Assembly (NCBI RefSeq): GCF_018350175.1 | Contig: NC_058368.1 | Coordinates: forward strand, 128,528,001 to 128,592,000 | Origin: Felis catus | Lineage: Eukaryota | Direction of reading: 5' to 3' | Length of the DNA: 64,000 bases | Translations under genes and position numbers: made by a program | Part shown: piece after piece, positions 25,463 through 36,519 of the stretch | Position numbering within the stretch: the stretch's first letter is position 1 | Layout: each line of letters opens with the position of its first letter | The notes under the pieces: generated by a model | Told to the model about the DNA's origin: nothing | What the model saw: the letters and a program-made list of their open reading frames with translations, nothing else | The model's database searches: none

Positions 25463-26460
25463 GGTGGGAGATGCAATGTGAGAGAAGGAAAAAGTCTTGG
25501 TAAGTATGTGATCCTCTCCCCAGAGGGTTGAAGGATTTTTACTGATATGAGGCAGGTGCCTCTGGGGAAAGCAATGATCTCCATTAATATTTAGAATGGC
25601 ACAGACAGTAGTAACATTGACAAGATTTCTCTATGGGCATGGGAGGGTGGGAGGAGCAGGGAACAAAGAACATGGCTGGATCGTGGGCTAAGCAGACAGT
25701 AAGCTCATAAACATCATGGGATCCCTACTATTAAAGGAAGAAAAGCAAAAATATCCTGTGTCCAATTTTTGCCTTAAGAGAGGCAGCCCATTGGCACTGC
25801 TGAGGCCAAGGTTTTAGTGCCCGATATGAAGTCATCTCCCAAGAGTGAGGTCTTGGACTGGGGCAATACTATCTAGGATGTGGAATGGGGTATCCTTTCC
25901 AAGGGGGTACTCACTTGATGTGATGTGGGTCTCAACATTTGCCATGTTTGGTTGAAACAATGGCTTATTTAGAGAATTTGGACCTCCAGGTTGTGGTTAA
26001 TTAATGAAATTAGTGAAATCATGCAGAACAGTGATCTAAGACCAACAGTGAACAGTAAACAGTCAACAGTTGACACAGTTTTTGTTTTCTGGTAGAAGTT
26101 TAGGCTCAAATGAGTCACATATTAGATGAACAGCTCTCTGGTCCATGCAGTCTGGTTAATGGGTCCCAGAAGAGTACGCGCCCTTGAAATGGCCTTTGGC
26201 CTTTCTGGGATAGGAGAATGATAAAAAATTTATAAAGATAGGCAAAGACATTATAAAAAGGGCCTCATAAATAATGAAATGTTTATATACATGGAGGCAA
26301 GACACATCTCCCTTTAAATATAGGAAAGGGCAATGGAAAAGTTTTCTAAGCTGGTGTGAGGTGTAATTTGGCCAAAGGGTCTTGAATGAAGAGGAGAGTA
26401 AAGTCTGGAGCAAGAAACAGACCCTTCAGGGGTCCATTTACCTGAATGGAATTTAAAAAG

Positions 26461-26625
26461 GAGTTATTTGAGAAGGCCATTATATCTCCCAATCAAACCA
26501 GCTATCTGGGACCAAGAAGGGACATGAAAGTTCTATTGAATACCTTTTCCAAAAGACTAGCATTGCATATTTTGGGGAGTAAAATGCACAGCTTGCTTAT
26601 TATAAGTAGTGTCTATAACTCCTAA
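26461..26625 (-). pseudogene. ERV integrase core remnant
   Basis: In-frame KQAVHFTPQNMQC*SFGKGIQ*NFHVPSWSQIAGLIGRYNGLLK* resembles the ERVL integrase motif DQGTHFT...W....GI.W.YHVP.HP.AAGLIERWNGLLK. Confidence 0.85.
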
Positions 26626-27184
26626 GGTAATATGGAGTGTCTGGGCAAGGCATTGTATTGTGACCTTAATACAGCTGGAGATGTGTAATTGATTTAGATT
26701 TTGGCTATCTGTGAAGCAAGAGAGTCCTAGAGTTTGCTTGTTTCTCCATGAAAGGGACAATTTTTAGGCAATGGCCCAACAGTTTATAACTAATGTGAAG
26801 ATGAAACTACTGATTGGCTAGGACATCCAGCACTAAGATGACTGCATGAAGTTTGGCCAACTGTGTTGTTTCTTGGGTCCTGTCCTTTATTACAGACATC
26901 TTGGCTAAGAGATGAAAAGCAGCAATATCCGCTGACTCCATCATGTATGACAGGTAGCAGTGCCCATTGCTGTTCATTCAGTTAATCCCAACTGTCTTCC
27001 CAGGTGGTCAAATGGTCTAGGGGAGGGGTAGCACTCTCCAACACCATGGCATCTGGCAAAGGACTGAGGATAGGGGAAGCCACCTTCTCCTGCAGGTGCA
27101 TTATAGCAGACAGCCCAGGTTTGGCTCCATCTTATCTTAAGGAGGCCTTGGTAGCTATACCGAGTTTCCAGTGTGCCGTTTCCA

Positions 27185-27340
27185 TGACCTAAAGAGTAAC
27201 AGGCTGCTGGGTATGAAAGGTGACAGGTCTGCGAGAACCTCTATTTCCCAGACAGCCCTGCATATATTTATTTGTTGTTTTAATGAAGTATAGTACAAGG
27301 CTAAGAGGGGCAGTTTCTTGCATCAGAAGCCCTTGGGCAG
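27185..27340 (-). pseudogene. ERV pol RT-connection / RNase H-like remnant
   Basis: LPKGF*CKKLPLLALYYTSLKQQ...RAVWEIEVLA then (frameshift) PVTFHTQQPV resembles ERVL PLGFWSK.LP....Y.P.E.QLLA.YWAL.E.E.L...VT. Confidence 0.75.
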
Positions 27341-28049
27341 CTTATGGATATCCTAAAGCTCCAGAGACTCCTGGAGGCATGACGAGAGGTTGCCTTTAGT
27401 GGAGTCCTTGAGAGCACTAATGGGAGTCCCTGTTGATTTTAATTTGGAAGTAAAATCTATAAGTAAAGAATATGTTGCTATTAGAACCCCAAAAGTACTA
27501 AATGTTGGAATGTATATCCTAAATGAATGTATCAAATGAGTCTCCTTGGAAGAGGATGCCATTAATGTAAGGTCGTATCTGTGCTCCTGGAAAAAGGCGG
27601 ATGCAGTTGAGATCTGGTCTACAGATTGTATGCAACAGAAAAGCTGTAGAGGTACCTTATGGGTAGCCTGGAAAAGACTCCTTATGTCCCTGTAAGGTGG
27701 CAGCAAACTACAGCTGAGAGGCTGTTGAAATAGGCACTAAACAGAACACACTGACCAACTCTATAAGAGCAAACTATTTACCACTATTTGAATAGAATCA
27801 GTAATCCTAATATTTAGTATTGGGTATGGGGAGACCAATAGATGGGACCACAACACTAATGCTTATAGTAACCCATCATAAGGTGACCTCTTTATATTTT
27901 TGTTATATAAATTCTTCAGTATATTAATCTTAGTATATAAATTTTGGATTTCCAATTGGATTATAAAACTTTGTTTTATTATTATATATGTATATATTAT
28001 TTAATTACCTTTTACTTTCTCTGCTTGTATTTAAGGGCCTGCTTTTTTT

Positions 28050-28270
28050 GTTAAAAAAAATTTTTTTTTAGTTTATTTATTTTGAGAGAGCATGCCCAAG
28101 TGAGTGGGGTAGGGGCAGAGAGAGAGACAGTGAGAGAGAGAATCCCAAGCAGGCTCTGCACTGTCAGCATAGAGCTAGATGTGGGGCTCGAACCCATGAA
28201 TCATGAGATCATGATGTGAGACGAAATCAAGAGTTGGATGCTTAACCGACTGAGCCATCCAGGCGCCCCT
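28050..28270 (-). mobile_element. CanSINE inserted in the provirus internal region
   Basis: SINEC head ...GAGCCATCCAGGCGCCCC with TGCTTTT on both flanks. Confidence 0.9.
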
Positions 28271-29349
28271 TGCTTTTGTTTTTATATCAGTAAGTAATTT
28301 AGGACCAGCACTGTGTTTGCTAGACTGGTATTTGCTTAGTATCGAAGACTGAAAGTCCCTGTTTTTTTCCCCTGGGCTTGTGACTACCTATAGTGGCAGT
28401 CATTTTTCCTTTGTTTTCTCCCTTTTTCAGGCTTTTGCCCTCTGAAGATTCAGTTTTCACTTTCTTTTTCTGGCTGATAAGAGGAAAAGCTGGGCCCAGG
28501 TATCTCTAGGCAACTTTTCCCTGGGATGCCCAGTGCACAGAGTAATCAGTCCTTGCCTCACACTCCCACCTTTTAAAAAACAGAATCCTTTAGAAGGACT
28601 TGTATTTCTAGGCAGCTCAATTTTTTCTCTTTCTTTCTTTTTTTAAGTCTTCTAAATGTTGTCCACTAAGCTCCCGGTGGTCTTGAGTGGTGTCTGTTGT
28701 GAGCCGCAGCGCCCTTGTCCAGGACGTCCCAATCAACCTTAGAGGAGCTACAGTCCACATCTTGGAGAACAATGGTGGCATCAACTTTACCTGTAACATT
28801 TTTTTGTTTTGAGCATGAGATGCTTTGCATGCTGATAAGCAGAATCTCTTAAGAGCTTTCCTTTCCTCCCCCTTTTCATTAAACAGTGTATATTTATAGA
28901 ATTCCAGAGATGGGACCTCTTACAACCCAGTGGTTACAGGAACAACTCACTTAAGACAGCAGCAAGTGGATACAGACGATTATGCCCTAGACACTAGGTA
29001 CTTCCATCTCCATGACTCAGATGGCCTCACTGCTGGTCAGTGCTACCCAGTCAATGGATTCAACTCCCATGGCACTGGGAGGGTGGTCACCCCTAATCCC
29101 CTTCAGAGGGAACTTTCTGTCCTGGACTTCAGGTGGTCCACCAACGTGGGGAAATATATCAAGTGCTCCCTTTAGATTGGGATATCAGGGCAATACCCAA
29201 CAACAAAAAAACAACGCAATGCAGAAGCCACCAAGCTGCAAGTGCACCAAAATCAGGGGTGCCCTTTCACGCAGGGGTTACTGACTGTTAGATATAGTTT
29301 TAAGCCAAGAGCAGTTTGAGGACGTATCATTTCCATTTGGTGTCAAATC

Positions 29350-29367
29350 ACCCAGCTTGTTGTGCCA
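29350..29367 (-). promoter_or_regulatory. Primer binding site, tRNA-Ser-like
   Basis: Minus strand TGGCACAACAAGCTGGGT, 2 nt after the LTR terminal CA; 14/18 match to TGGCGCAGCGAGCAGGGT (complement of the tRNA-Ser(TGA) 3' end as recalled), two mismatches being CpG decay. Confidence 0.65.
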
Positions 29368-29369
29368 AC

Positions 29370-29909
29370 TGTGTTAAGATTTTTACGTGGGATTTGTTCT
29401 CAGCAGGTATGGTAAGATATACAGACACAGAGAAGATGGTCATGATGGAAGAAGTTTATACTCACAAATCCCTAAAACCAGGAGACCTGGCACACCATGC
29501 TATGCAGGGCCACAGGAGAAGGGCCAGGATTGGTCAGGAGGCCTCCTCTCAAAGGGAAGGGCAAAGAATGGGTCAAAACCTTTACTGGAATTTTTGTGGG
29601 AAGGATTGAGTGAGGCAGGGTAGGTACACCAAGTTTAGTGTTGGATAGTTTGAATAATTTCAGTAGACCGTGGCATACAAGGGTGGCCCTAGGATGAATT
29701 AGGGTAGGGAGAATATTGCCTTGGTGTATGAGGGTTGGGGATATGGACTCTGGATTGGTTGGTTTGTATATGAAAGGCAGGCTCCCAAGGGAGTCCTGTG
29801 TTATCCCTAGGAATTAGCTAGTCTTGGGAGAGGGCAGTGTCACCAGGATCAAGGCCCCAAAGGCCAGAGTATAAGGAATACAGAAAACAACAAAAATATA
29901 GACAAATGC
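29370..29909 (-). mobile_element. 5' LTR of the provirus
   Basis: Homologous to 24407-24961; adjacent to the PBS; variant poly(A) hexamer TATAAA (minus) at 29455-29460. Confidence 0.8.
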
Positions 29910-30382
29910 CTATTTATACCAAATAACAAGGACTCCTATGAGCTTTAACTGGAAACAAAATCAAGACAGAACTGTATACATTCCATTTTTGCAAAATAAA
30001 AATACTTCCCCATCTATATCTATATAGGTCCATATAGGATTGTAAAATGTGAAATGACACACACACATACTTGGTTAATAATGTGGACTGTTGTCAGGGA
30101 TGGGGAGAGAGATGCTCATGTGGGAGGAGAGGAACTTCCATGACAGCAACAACATGCCAAACATCCCATTATGTAAAATTATGTTATAAAAAGATGCATG
30201 GAAGAATGGCCACCAAAATGTTAGTAGTAGTTACCTTAGGGTGATATGGTTCCAGGTGACTGTTCAAAAGTCATTTGAATTATTTATAAGGAGCATGTAT
30301 ATTTATGGAACTAGAAAGAAGCAATACAGTTATTTGTGGCTTAGAGGAAGACTTCTTTTTAAATTAAAAAAGAAATTCCAAT

Positions 30383-30388
30383 TTTAAT
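30383..30388 (-). terminator. ERCC8: Candidate proximal ERCC8 poly(A) signal ATTAAA
   Basis: ATTAAA about 110 nt after the stop codon, followed by U-rich sequence on the minus strand. Confidence 0.4.
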
Positions 30389-30496
30389 GATAATTTAGCT
30401 GTCACTGGACAGTTAAGAAGGAAACAATACCCACACAAAACAGTCGCATTTTAAAAGTTTCATCAACAGAGACACAGAGGTACTCAGGATTGATGG

Positions 30497-30565
30497 TCAT
30501 CCTTCCTCATCACTGCTGCTCCATGCATCTTCAAATGCTGGATTTAACTGTGATTTGGTTGTAGG
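30497..30565 (-). CDS. ERCC8: ERCC8 (CSA) exon 12 coding part: PTTKSQLNPAFEDAWSSSDEEG*
   Basis: Polypyrimidine tract and AG at 30567-30566; matches the CSA C-terminus; TGA at 30499-30497; 69 nt. Confidence 0.97.
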   Translation of the reverse strand, partial: PTTKSQLNPAFEDAWSSSDEEG

Positions 30566-31325
30566 CTAAAAAAGGGAAGGAAAAGGAAAATTTGATTGTC
30601 TTACCTCATAATTTTAAGCTCACAATAGTTATGAAATATATCAAATGAAAAGCAATTACAGTATTCTGAAAGTAAATAAAATTGTTCATTTAAAATAAAA
30701 TACAATGTATGTGGGCATTATGAACCAAATTTGTGTCTTATTCTGCAGCTTTTACATTTGCTACAAGAAACACCCCACATACAATGTAAGGCAATGTAGC
30801 TTCATTTTAAATAGGCCAGAATGTATCCAAATTATCTGTGTTTCCTTCAAAGTAGTCACCTTACAAACATATACATAAATGCATTTATGTATATACCATG
30901 ATGCTGCTATGTTTCTGCACGTCTTTGGAATTATGTGAAGAAGACAGCACATTAACATCCATGTTAATGGATGCTAAGAATGGACTCAGGTCTACGGTCT
31001 GACCTGATAGCCCAAGATATTAATGTTGGCAACTTTTTATTATTTAAGTGGACTTGACTTCACAAATAAGCAAATATCCATATAAGGGGAATAAGATGTT
31101 CATCAAACTAAGTAACACCATCTTTGGTCCGAAGACCAAAGTTATTAAGTAGTGAGGTTTGTTTGTTTGTTTGTTTGTTTTAGATAGCTGGTAAAGTAGC
31201 TCAGAAGTATATGAAAAATGTGTCAAAAGTGGTAACATATTTGTCATCAGCATATAGGTTTTCCAGGGAGTTTTCTTTTCAAGATAACATGCATTTGGAT
31301 GGTGTTTATTTAAAACAACAAAACA

Positions 31326-31514
31326 GGGGTGCCTAGGTGGCTCAGTTGGTTAAGCATCTGACTCTTGATTTTGGCTCAGATCATGAGCTCATGGTTTGTG
31401 AGACTGAGCCATGAGTAGGGCTCTGCTGACAGTGCAGAGCATGCTTGGGATTCTCTCTCTCTCTCCCTCTCTCTCTGTACCTCCCCCACTTGTGCTTGCT
31501 CTTTCTCTCTCATT

Positions 31515-31603
<89 letters not shown>

Positions 31604-31925
31604 AAAACAACAAAACATTACAGTATTCTTATAAGTTTAGAGTTGTACCTAATAAAAGTAATCAGCAATTAGAGGAATATTATCTGTGACATTTCAAATC
31701 TATTCACTTTCTGAGGAAAGTTTTTGTTTTTATTTTTTTTAATGTTTATTTATTTTTGAGAGAGTGAGCAGGGGAGGGGTGGAGAGAGAGGGAGACACAG
31801 AATCTGAAGCAGGCTCCAGGCTCCAAGCTATCAGCACAGAGACTGATGCGGGGCTCGAACTCACGAACCGTGAGATCATGACCTGAGCCAAACTTGGACG
31901 CTTGAATGAGCAACACAGGTGCCCC
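31326..31925. mobile_element. Tail-to-tail CanSINE pair (31326-31610 plus, with long (TA)n at about 31519-31603; about 31720-31925 minus)
   Basis: SINEC motifs; AAAACAACAAAACA TSD around the first. Confidence 0.9.
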
Positions 31926-32651
31926 ATGAAGAAAGGTTTTGAATAGCAAACTTCCTATTCTGGGGCAAATGACTCAAGGGCTTTAAGAAGGTCTCATTTT
32001 TTTTGAGTATCTGGGTATTATGAACCAAATTTGTGTCTTATTCTGCAGCTTTTACATTTGCTACAAGTGTGTTCAGACCCCAAACCCAATAATGTATTAG
32101 CACCAAGGCTACTCTTAAATAATTTGAGATAGTGCCTTGTACAACATACAGCAATGTTTTATGTTAAGAGCAACCCCTGTGTCTAAGCATGCTCATCACC
32201 TTTTTGATATGATGACTCAGAATCTTATAATTTAAACAATGATAACAGTAGAAAAGTGAGCATTTCCAGTAAATTCCCCAAGTATCAGTCAGGATAGTTA
32301 GAAAATGACATATTAATTTAAGTATTCTTTATGGCTGTTAAAGCTATAGATCAGAATCTATTACTAAACCTAATGTTTGCTACTGTCACCATTATTAAAC
32401 CTTATGTTGGCTATCATCACTTAGTTGTATAAACAAAATTCCATTATATCTCAAATGTCCAGATAAAAAAACTATTGCCAAACCTCAGCTATCTATCAGC
32501 AGTCCACTGATATGCAGTCAATGATTGTAACACACTGAAGTCTGTTCATTTATTTTTTCATACAAATGTTCACTGAATTTCCTATCTTCCTAGGTTTATA
32601 ATTTAACTATTAAGTTAGGTTGTTTAGTGAGTGTTAATTTAAAGATGTATA

Positions 32652-32852
32652 TCTCTTAACTATAGAGAACAAACTGATGGTTACCAGAGGAGAGGTGGAT
32701 GCAGGGATGGGTGAAATAGGTGAAGGGGATTAAAAGTACACTTATCATGATGAGCAATGAGGAATATATAGAATTGTTGAATCACTATGTTGTACACCTG
32801 AAACTAACATAACACTGTATGTTAACTATACTGGAACTAAAATTTAAAAAAT
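32652..32852 (+). mobile_element. Short L1 3'-end insertion
   Basis: GAGAACAAACTGATGGTTACCAGAGG...TGTACACCTGAAACTAA; TSD AAAGATGTAT on both sides. Confidence 0.85.
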
Positions 32853-32887
32853 AAAGATGTATTGTCCTTGGGGGTTAGGTGATTTCT

Positions 32888-33005
32888 TCTCCCCTACTCT
32901 ATCTTTAGAAGTCTTTAACTCTGCTTAGATATAGTCTTAGATATGTCTCCCCTACTCTATCTTTAGAAGTCTTTAACTCTGCTTAGATATAGTCTTAGAT
33001 ATGTC
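32888..33005. repeat. Perfect 58-bp tandem duplication
   Basis: TCTCCCCTACTCTATCTTTAGAAGTCTTTAACTCTGCTTAGATATAGTCTTAGATATG at 32888 and 32946. Confidence 0.95.
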
Positions 33006-33735
33006 CCCAAAATGTCCCTTAGTGGATAAGTCACACAAAGGTCATGCCTCCTAACTCTACTATGGAAGCCCAAGATATAACTTATTAGATATTTAAATTT
33101 CATTTGAAGACTCAAGAGAGATGCAAAATTACATTTTATTGTAAGTTATTGTTATTACAGTGAACAAAGAAGTGAAAATAATTATGTGAAAATTGAAATG
33201 AAATACTGATCAATTTTGATAAATACTGCACTAATACACAAATACTATAAATTTTGCTGTTTATAGTAGTAAAGGATAATATAAATGCATTACAGTACTA
33301 TCATTACAGTTACATTTTATTGCTAGAAACATCACAAATAAGACACACTTGTAATTAAAAGCTATAGTAGAAATGTCGTATATAGATATGGTACCCATAT
33401 TATTGTTTGCGACTCACAGATGCAGTATAGCTACCATCTATTATTTAAGTTTTCTCTATAATATCTGCTAGTGGACATCCTTCCCATGCTTGAACATATC
33501 CACCTCAACCTCACCAGGTTGCCTGTTCTACTGACAGATCGTTGTAAATGTTATGGAGATAGAAAACCATGATTTAGAGTGGATCTAGTCCAGGTCCAAA
33601 TAATGGGAAAGGAGAAGAAAACCAAACCTTACATCTACCCCATATACACCTTGATATATTCTAAATTTCTTATTGGTCATTACTGAAAATCCTCTACAGA
33701 CAGAGTACAGGGCTGTCTATGTCAGCAAGTGATTT

Positions 33736-34294
33736 TATAGTCACCCATGAAAAACAGGACTTTGAACTATGTAAGTCCACTTACATGCAGATTTTTTTGG
33801 ATAAATACAGTACAGTATTGTTCTGTTTTTTTTAGTTTATTTTGAGACAGTGCATGGGAGGGGCAGAGAAGGAGAGCGAGAGAGAGAGAGAGTTCCAAGC
33901 AGGCTCTGCACTGTCAATGTGGAGCCCAATGTGGGATTCAAACTCATGAACCGTGAGATCATGACCTGAGCTAAAATCAAGAGTCAGATGCTCAACCGAC
34001 TAAGCCACCCAGGCGCCTCATACAGTACAATATTGTAAATGTATTTTCTCTTCCTTATGATTTTCTTAAGAGCATTTTATTCTCTCTAGCTTACTTTATT
34101 GTAAAAATACAGTTTATTATACATATACAAAATACATGTTAACTGACCGTTTTACGTTATGGGTAAGGCTTCCGATCAAAAGTTGTCTATTAGTAGATAA
34201 GCTATGAAGGACTCAAAAGTCACATAAGGATTTTTAATTGCATGGGGGTGTGTGTCAGTATCTGAATCCCCCTGATTGTTTAGGGTCAAATGTA
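33736..34294. mobile_element. Tigger2a/MER28-like Tc1-mariner MITE with nested CanSINE (about 33822-34018, minus)
   Basis: Degenerate TIRs TAGTCACCCATGAAAAAC...TTGTTTAGGGTCAAATG flanked by TA; SINE TSD TACAGTACA(G/A)TATTGT. Confidence 0.75.
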
Positions 34295-34361
34295 TATATC
34301 TATAAAGTGGTAAATAAAACATCTATGTACTGTGTGACTATCAAAATAAAGTAAGATTCTT

Positions 34362-34581
34362 TAACATTTTTTTTTTTAAATGTTTATTTCTTTTTGATAG
34401 AGAGAGATATAGTGTGAGCAGGGGAAGGGCAGATAGAGAAGGAGAGACACAAAATCCAAAGCAGGCTCCAGGTTCTGAGTTTATAGCACAGAACCCCACC
34501 CGGGGCTCGAACTCACGAACTGTGAGATCATGACCTAAGCTGAACTTGGATGCTTAACCAACTGAGCCACCCAGGCACCCC
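34362..34581 (-). mobile_element. CanSINE abutting the 5' end of the adjacent L1
   Basis: Full SINEC with poly(A); head ...GAGCCACCCAGGCACCCC ends at 34581. Confidence 0.9.
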
Positions 34582-36519
34582 AAAATACAAAATCAATGTA
34601 CAGAAATCAGTTGCATTTCTATATACCAATAATGAAATAACAGAGAAATCAAGAAATCGATCCCATTTACAATTGTACCAAGAACCATAAAATACCTAGG
34701 AATAAACCTAACCAAAGATGTAAAAGATATGTATGCTGAAAACTATGGAAAACTTATGAAAGAAAATGAATACACAAAGATATGGAAAAACATTCCATGA
34801 TCATGGATTAGAAGAACAAATATTGTTAAAATGTCAATACTACCCAAAGCAATCTACACATTCATTGCAATCCCAATCAAAATTGCACCGGCATTCTTCT
34901 CAAAGCTAGAACAAACAATTCTAAAATTTGTATGGAACCAGAGAAGACCCTGAATAGCCAAAGTAATGTTGAAAAAGAAAATCAAAATGGGAGGCATCAC
35001 AATCCCAGACTTCAGCCTCTACTACAAAGCTGTAATCATCAAGACAGTATAGTATTGGCACAAAAACACATAGACCAATGGAACAGAATAGAGAACCCAG
35101 AATTGGACCCACAAATGTACGGCCAACTAATCTTTGACAAAGCAGGAAAGAATATCCAATGGAAAAAAGACAGTCTCTTTAACAAATGGTGCTGGGAGAA
35201 CTGGACAGCAACATGCAGAAGAGAAAGTGGACCACTTTCTTACACCATGCACAAAAATAAACTCAAAATGGATGAAAGACCTAAATGTGAGATGAAACCA
35301 CCAAAACCCTAAAGAAGAAAGCAGGCAACAACCTCTTTGACCTCAGCTGCAGCAATTTCTTGCTCGACACGTCTCCAAAAGCAAGGGAAATAAAAGCAAA
35401 AATGAACTATTGGGACCTCATCAAGACGAAAAGCTTCTGCACTGCAAAGGAAACAATTAACGAAACTAAAAGGCAACGGATGGAGTGGGAGAAAATATTT
35501 GCAAATGACGTATCAGATAAAGGGCTAGTATCCAAAATCTATAAAGAATTTACCAAACTCAACACCCAAAAAACAAATAATCCAGTGAAGAAATGGGCAG
35601 GAGACATGAATAGACACTTTTCCAAAGAAGACATCCAGATGGCAAACAGACATATGAAAAGATACTCAACATCACTCATCATCAGGGAAATTCAAAACAA
35701 AACCACATTGAGATACCACCTCACACCGGTCAGGGGGCGAAAATTAACAACTCAGGAAACAACAGATGTTGGCTAGGATGTGGAGAAAGGCTAACCCTCT
35801 TGCACTTTTGGTGTGAATGCAAACTGGTGCAGCTGCACTGGAAAAGAGTATGAAGGTTCCTCAAAAAATTAAAAATAGATCTACCCTATGACCTAGCAAT
35901 AGCACTACCAGGAATTTATCCAAAGGACACAGGAGTGCTGATTCACAGGGGCAGATGTACCCCAGTGTTTATAGCAGCACTTTCAACAATAGCCAAATTA
36001 TGGAAAGAGCCCAAATGTGCATCAACCGATGAATGGATAAAGAAGACATGGTTTATATATACAATGGAATACTACTTGGCAATGAGAAAGTATGAAATCC
36101 TGCCATTTGCAACAATGTGGATGGAACTAGAGGGTATTATGCTAAGTGAAATAAGTCAGTCAGAGAAAGAAATAGATCATATGTTTTCACTCATATGTGG
36201 AACTTGAGAAACTTAACAGAAGACCTTGGGGGAAGGGGAAAAAATAGTTACAGAGAGGAAGGAAGGTAAACCATAACAGACTCTTAAATACAGAGAACAA
36301 ACTGAGGGTTGATGGAGTGGGGGGTAAGGAGAGGGGAAAATGCGTAATGGGCACTGAGGAGGGCATTTGTTGGGATGAGCACTGGATGTTGTATGGAAGT
36401 GATGAATTACGGGAATCTACCCCCAAAACCGAGAACACGCTGTATGCACTGTACGTTAGCTAACTTGACAATAAATTATATTAAAAAAATAAATAAGCAA
36501 ACAAACAAACAAACTTAAA
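34582..36519 (+). mobile_element. 5'-truncated felid L1 (about 1.9 kb) in ERCC8 intron 11, antisense to the gene
   Basis: ORF2 C-terminal peptides in the ORF track (34932-36207), 3' UTR and A-rich tail. Confidence 0.95.

Larger units (their letters stand above)
24407..29909 (-). mobile_element. Ancient class III (ERVL/HERV-S-like) endogenous provirus with two LTRs, internally deleted and decayed
   Basis: Homologous direct repeats at about 24407-24961 and 29370-29909 (both begin TGTGTTAA...GGGATTTGTTCT and share GGCACACCATGC and GATAGTTTGAATAATTT); PBS-like site; RNase H, integrase and env remnants between them. Confidence 0.85.

Noticed and set aside
30701..30788. Intronic hairpin as a snoRNA or pre-miRNA
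   Set aside because: No C/D boxes on the ERCC8 sense strand, and the stem is short with a large loop; kept only as a structural observation
30717..33005. Direct repeats as a CRISPR-like array
   Set aside because: Only two copies each, no regular spacers, eukaryotic intron context
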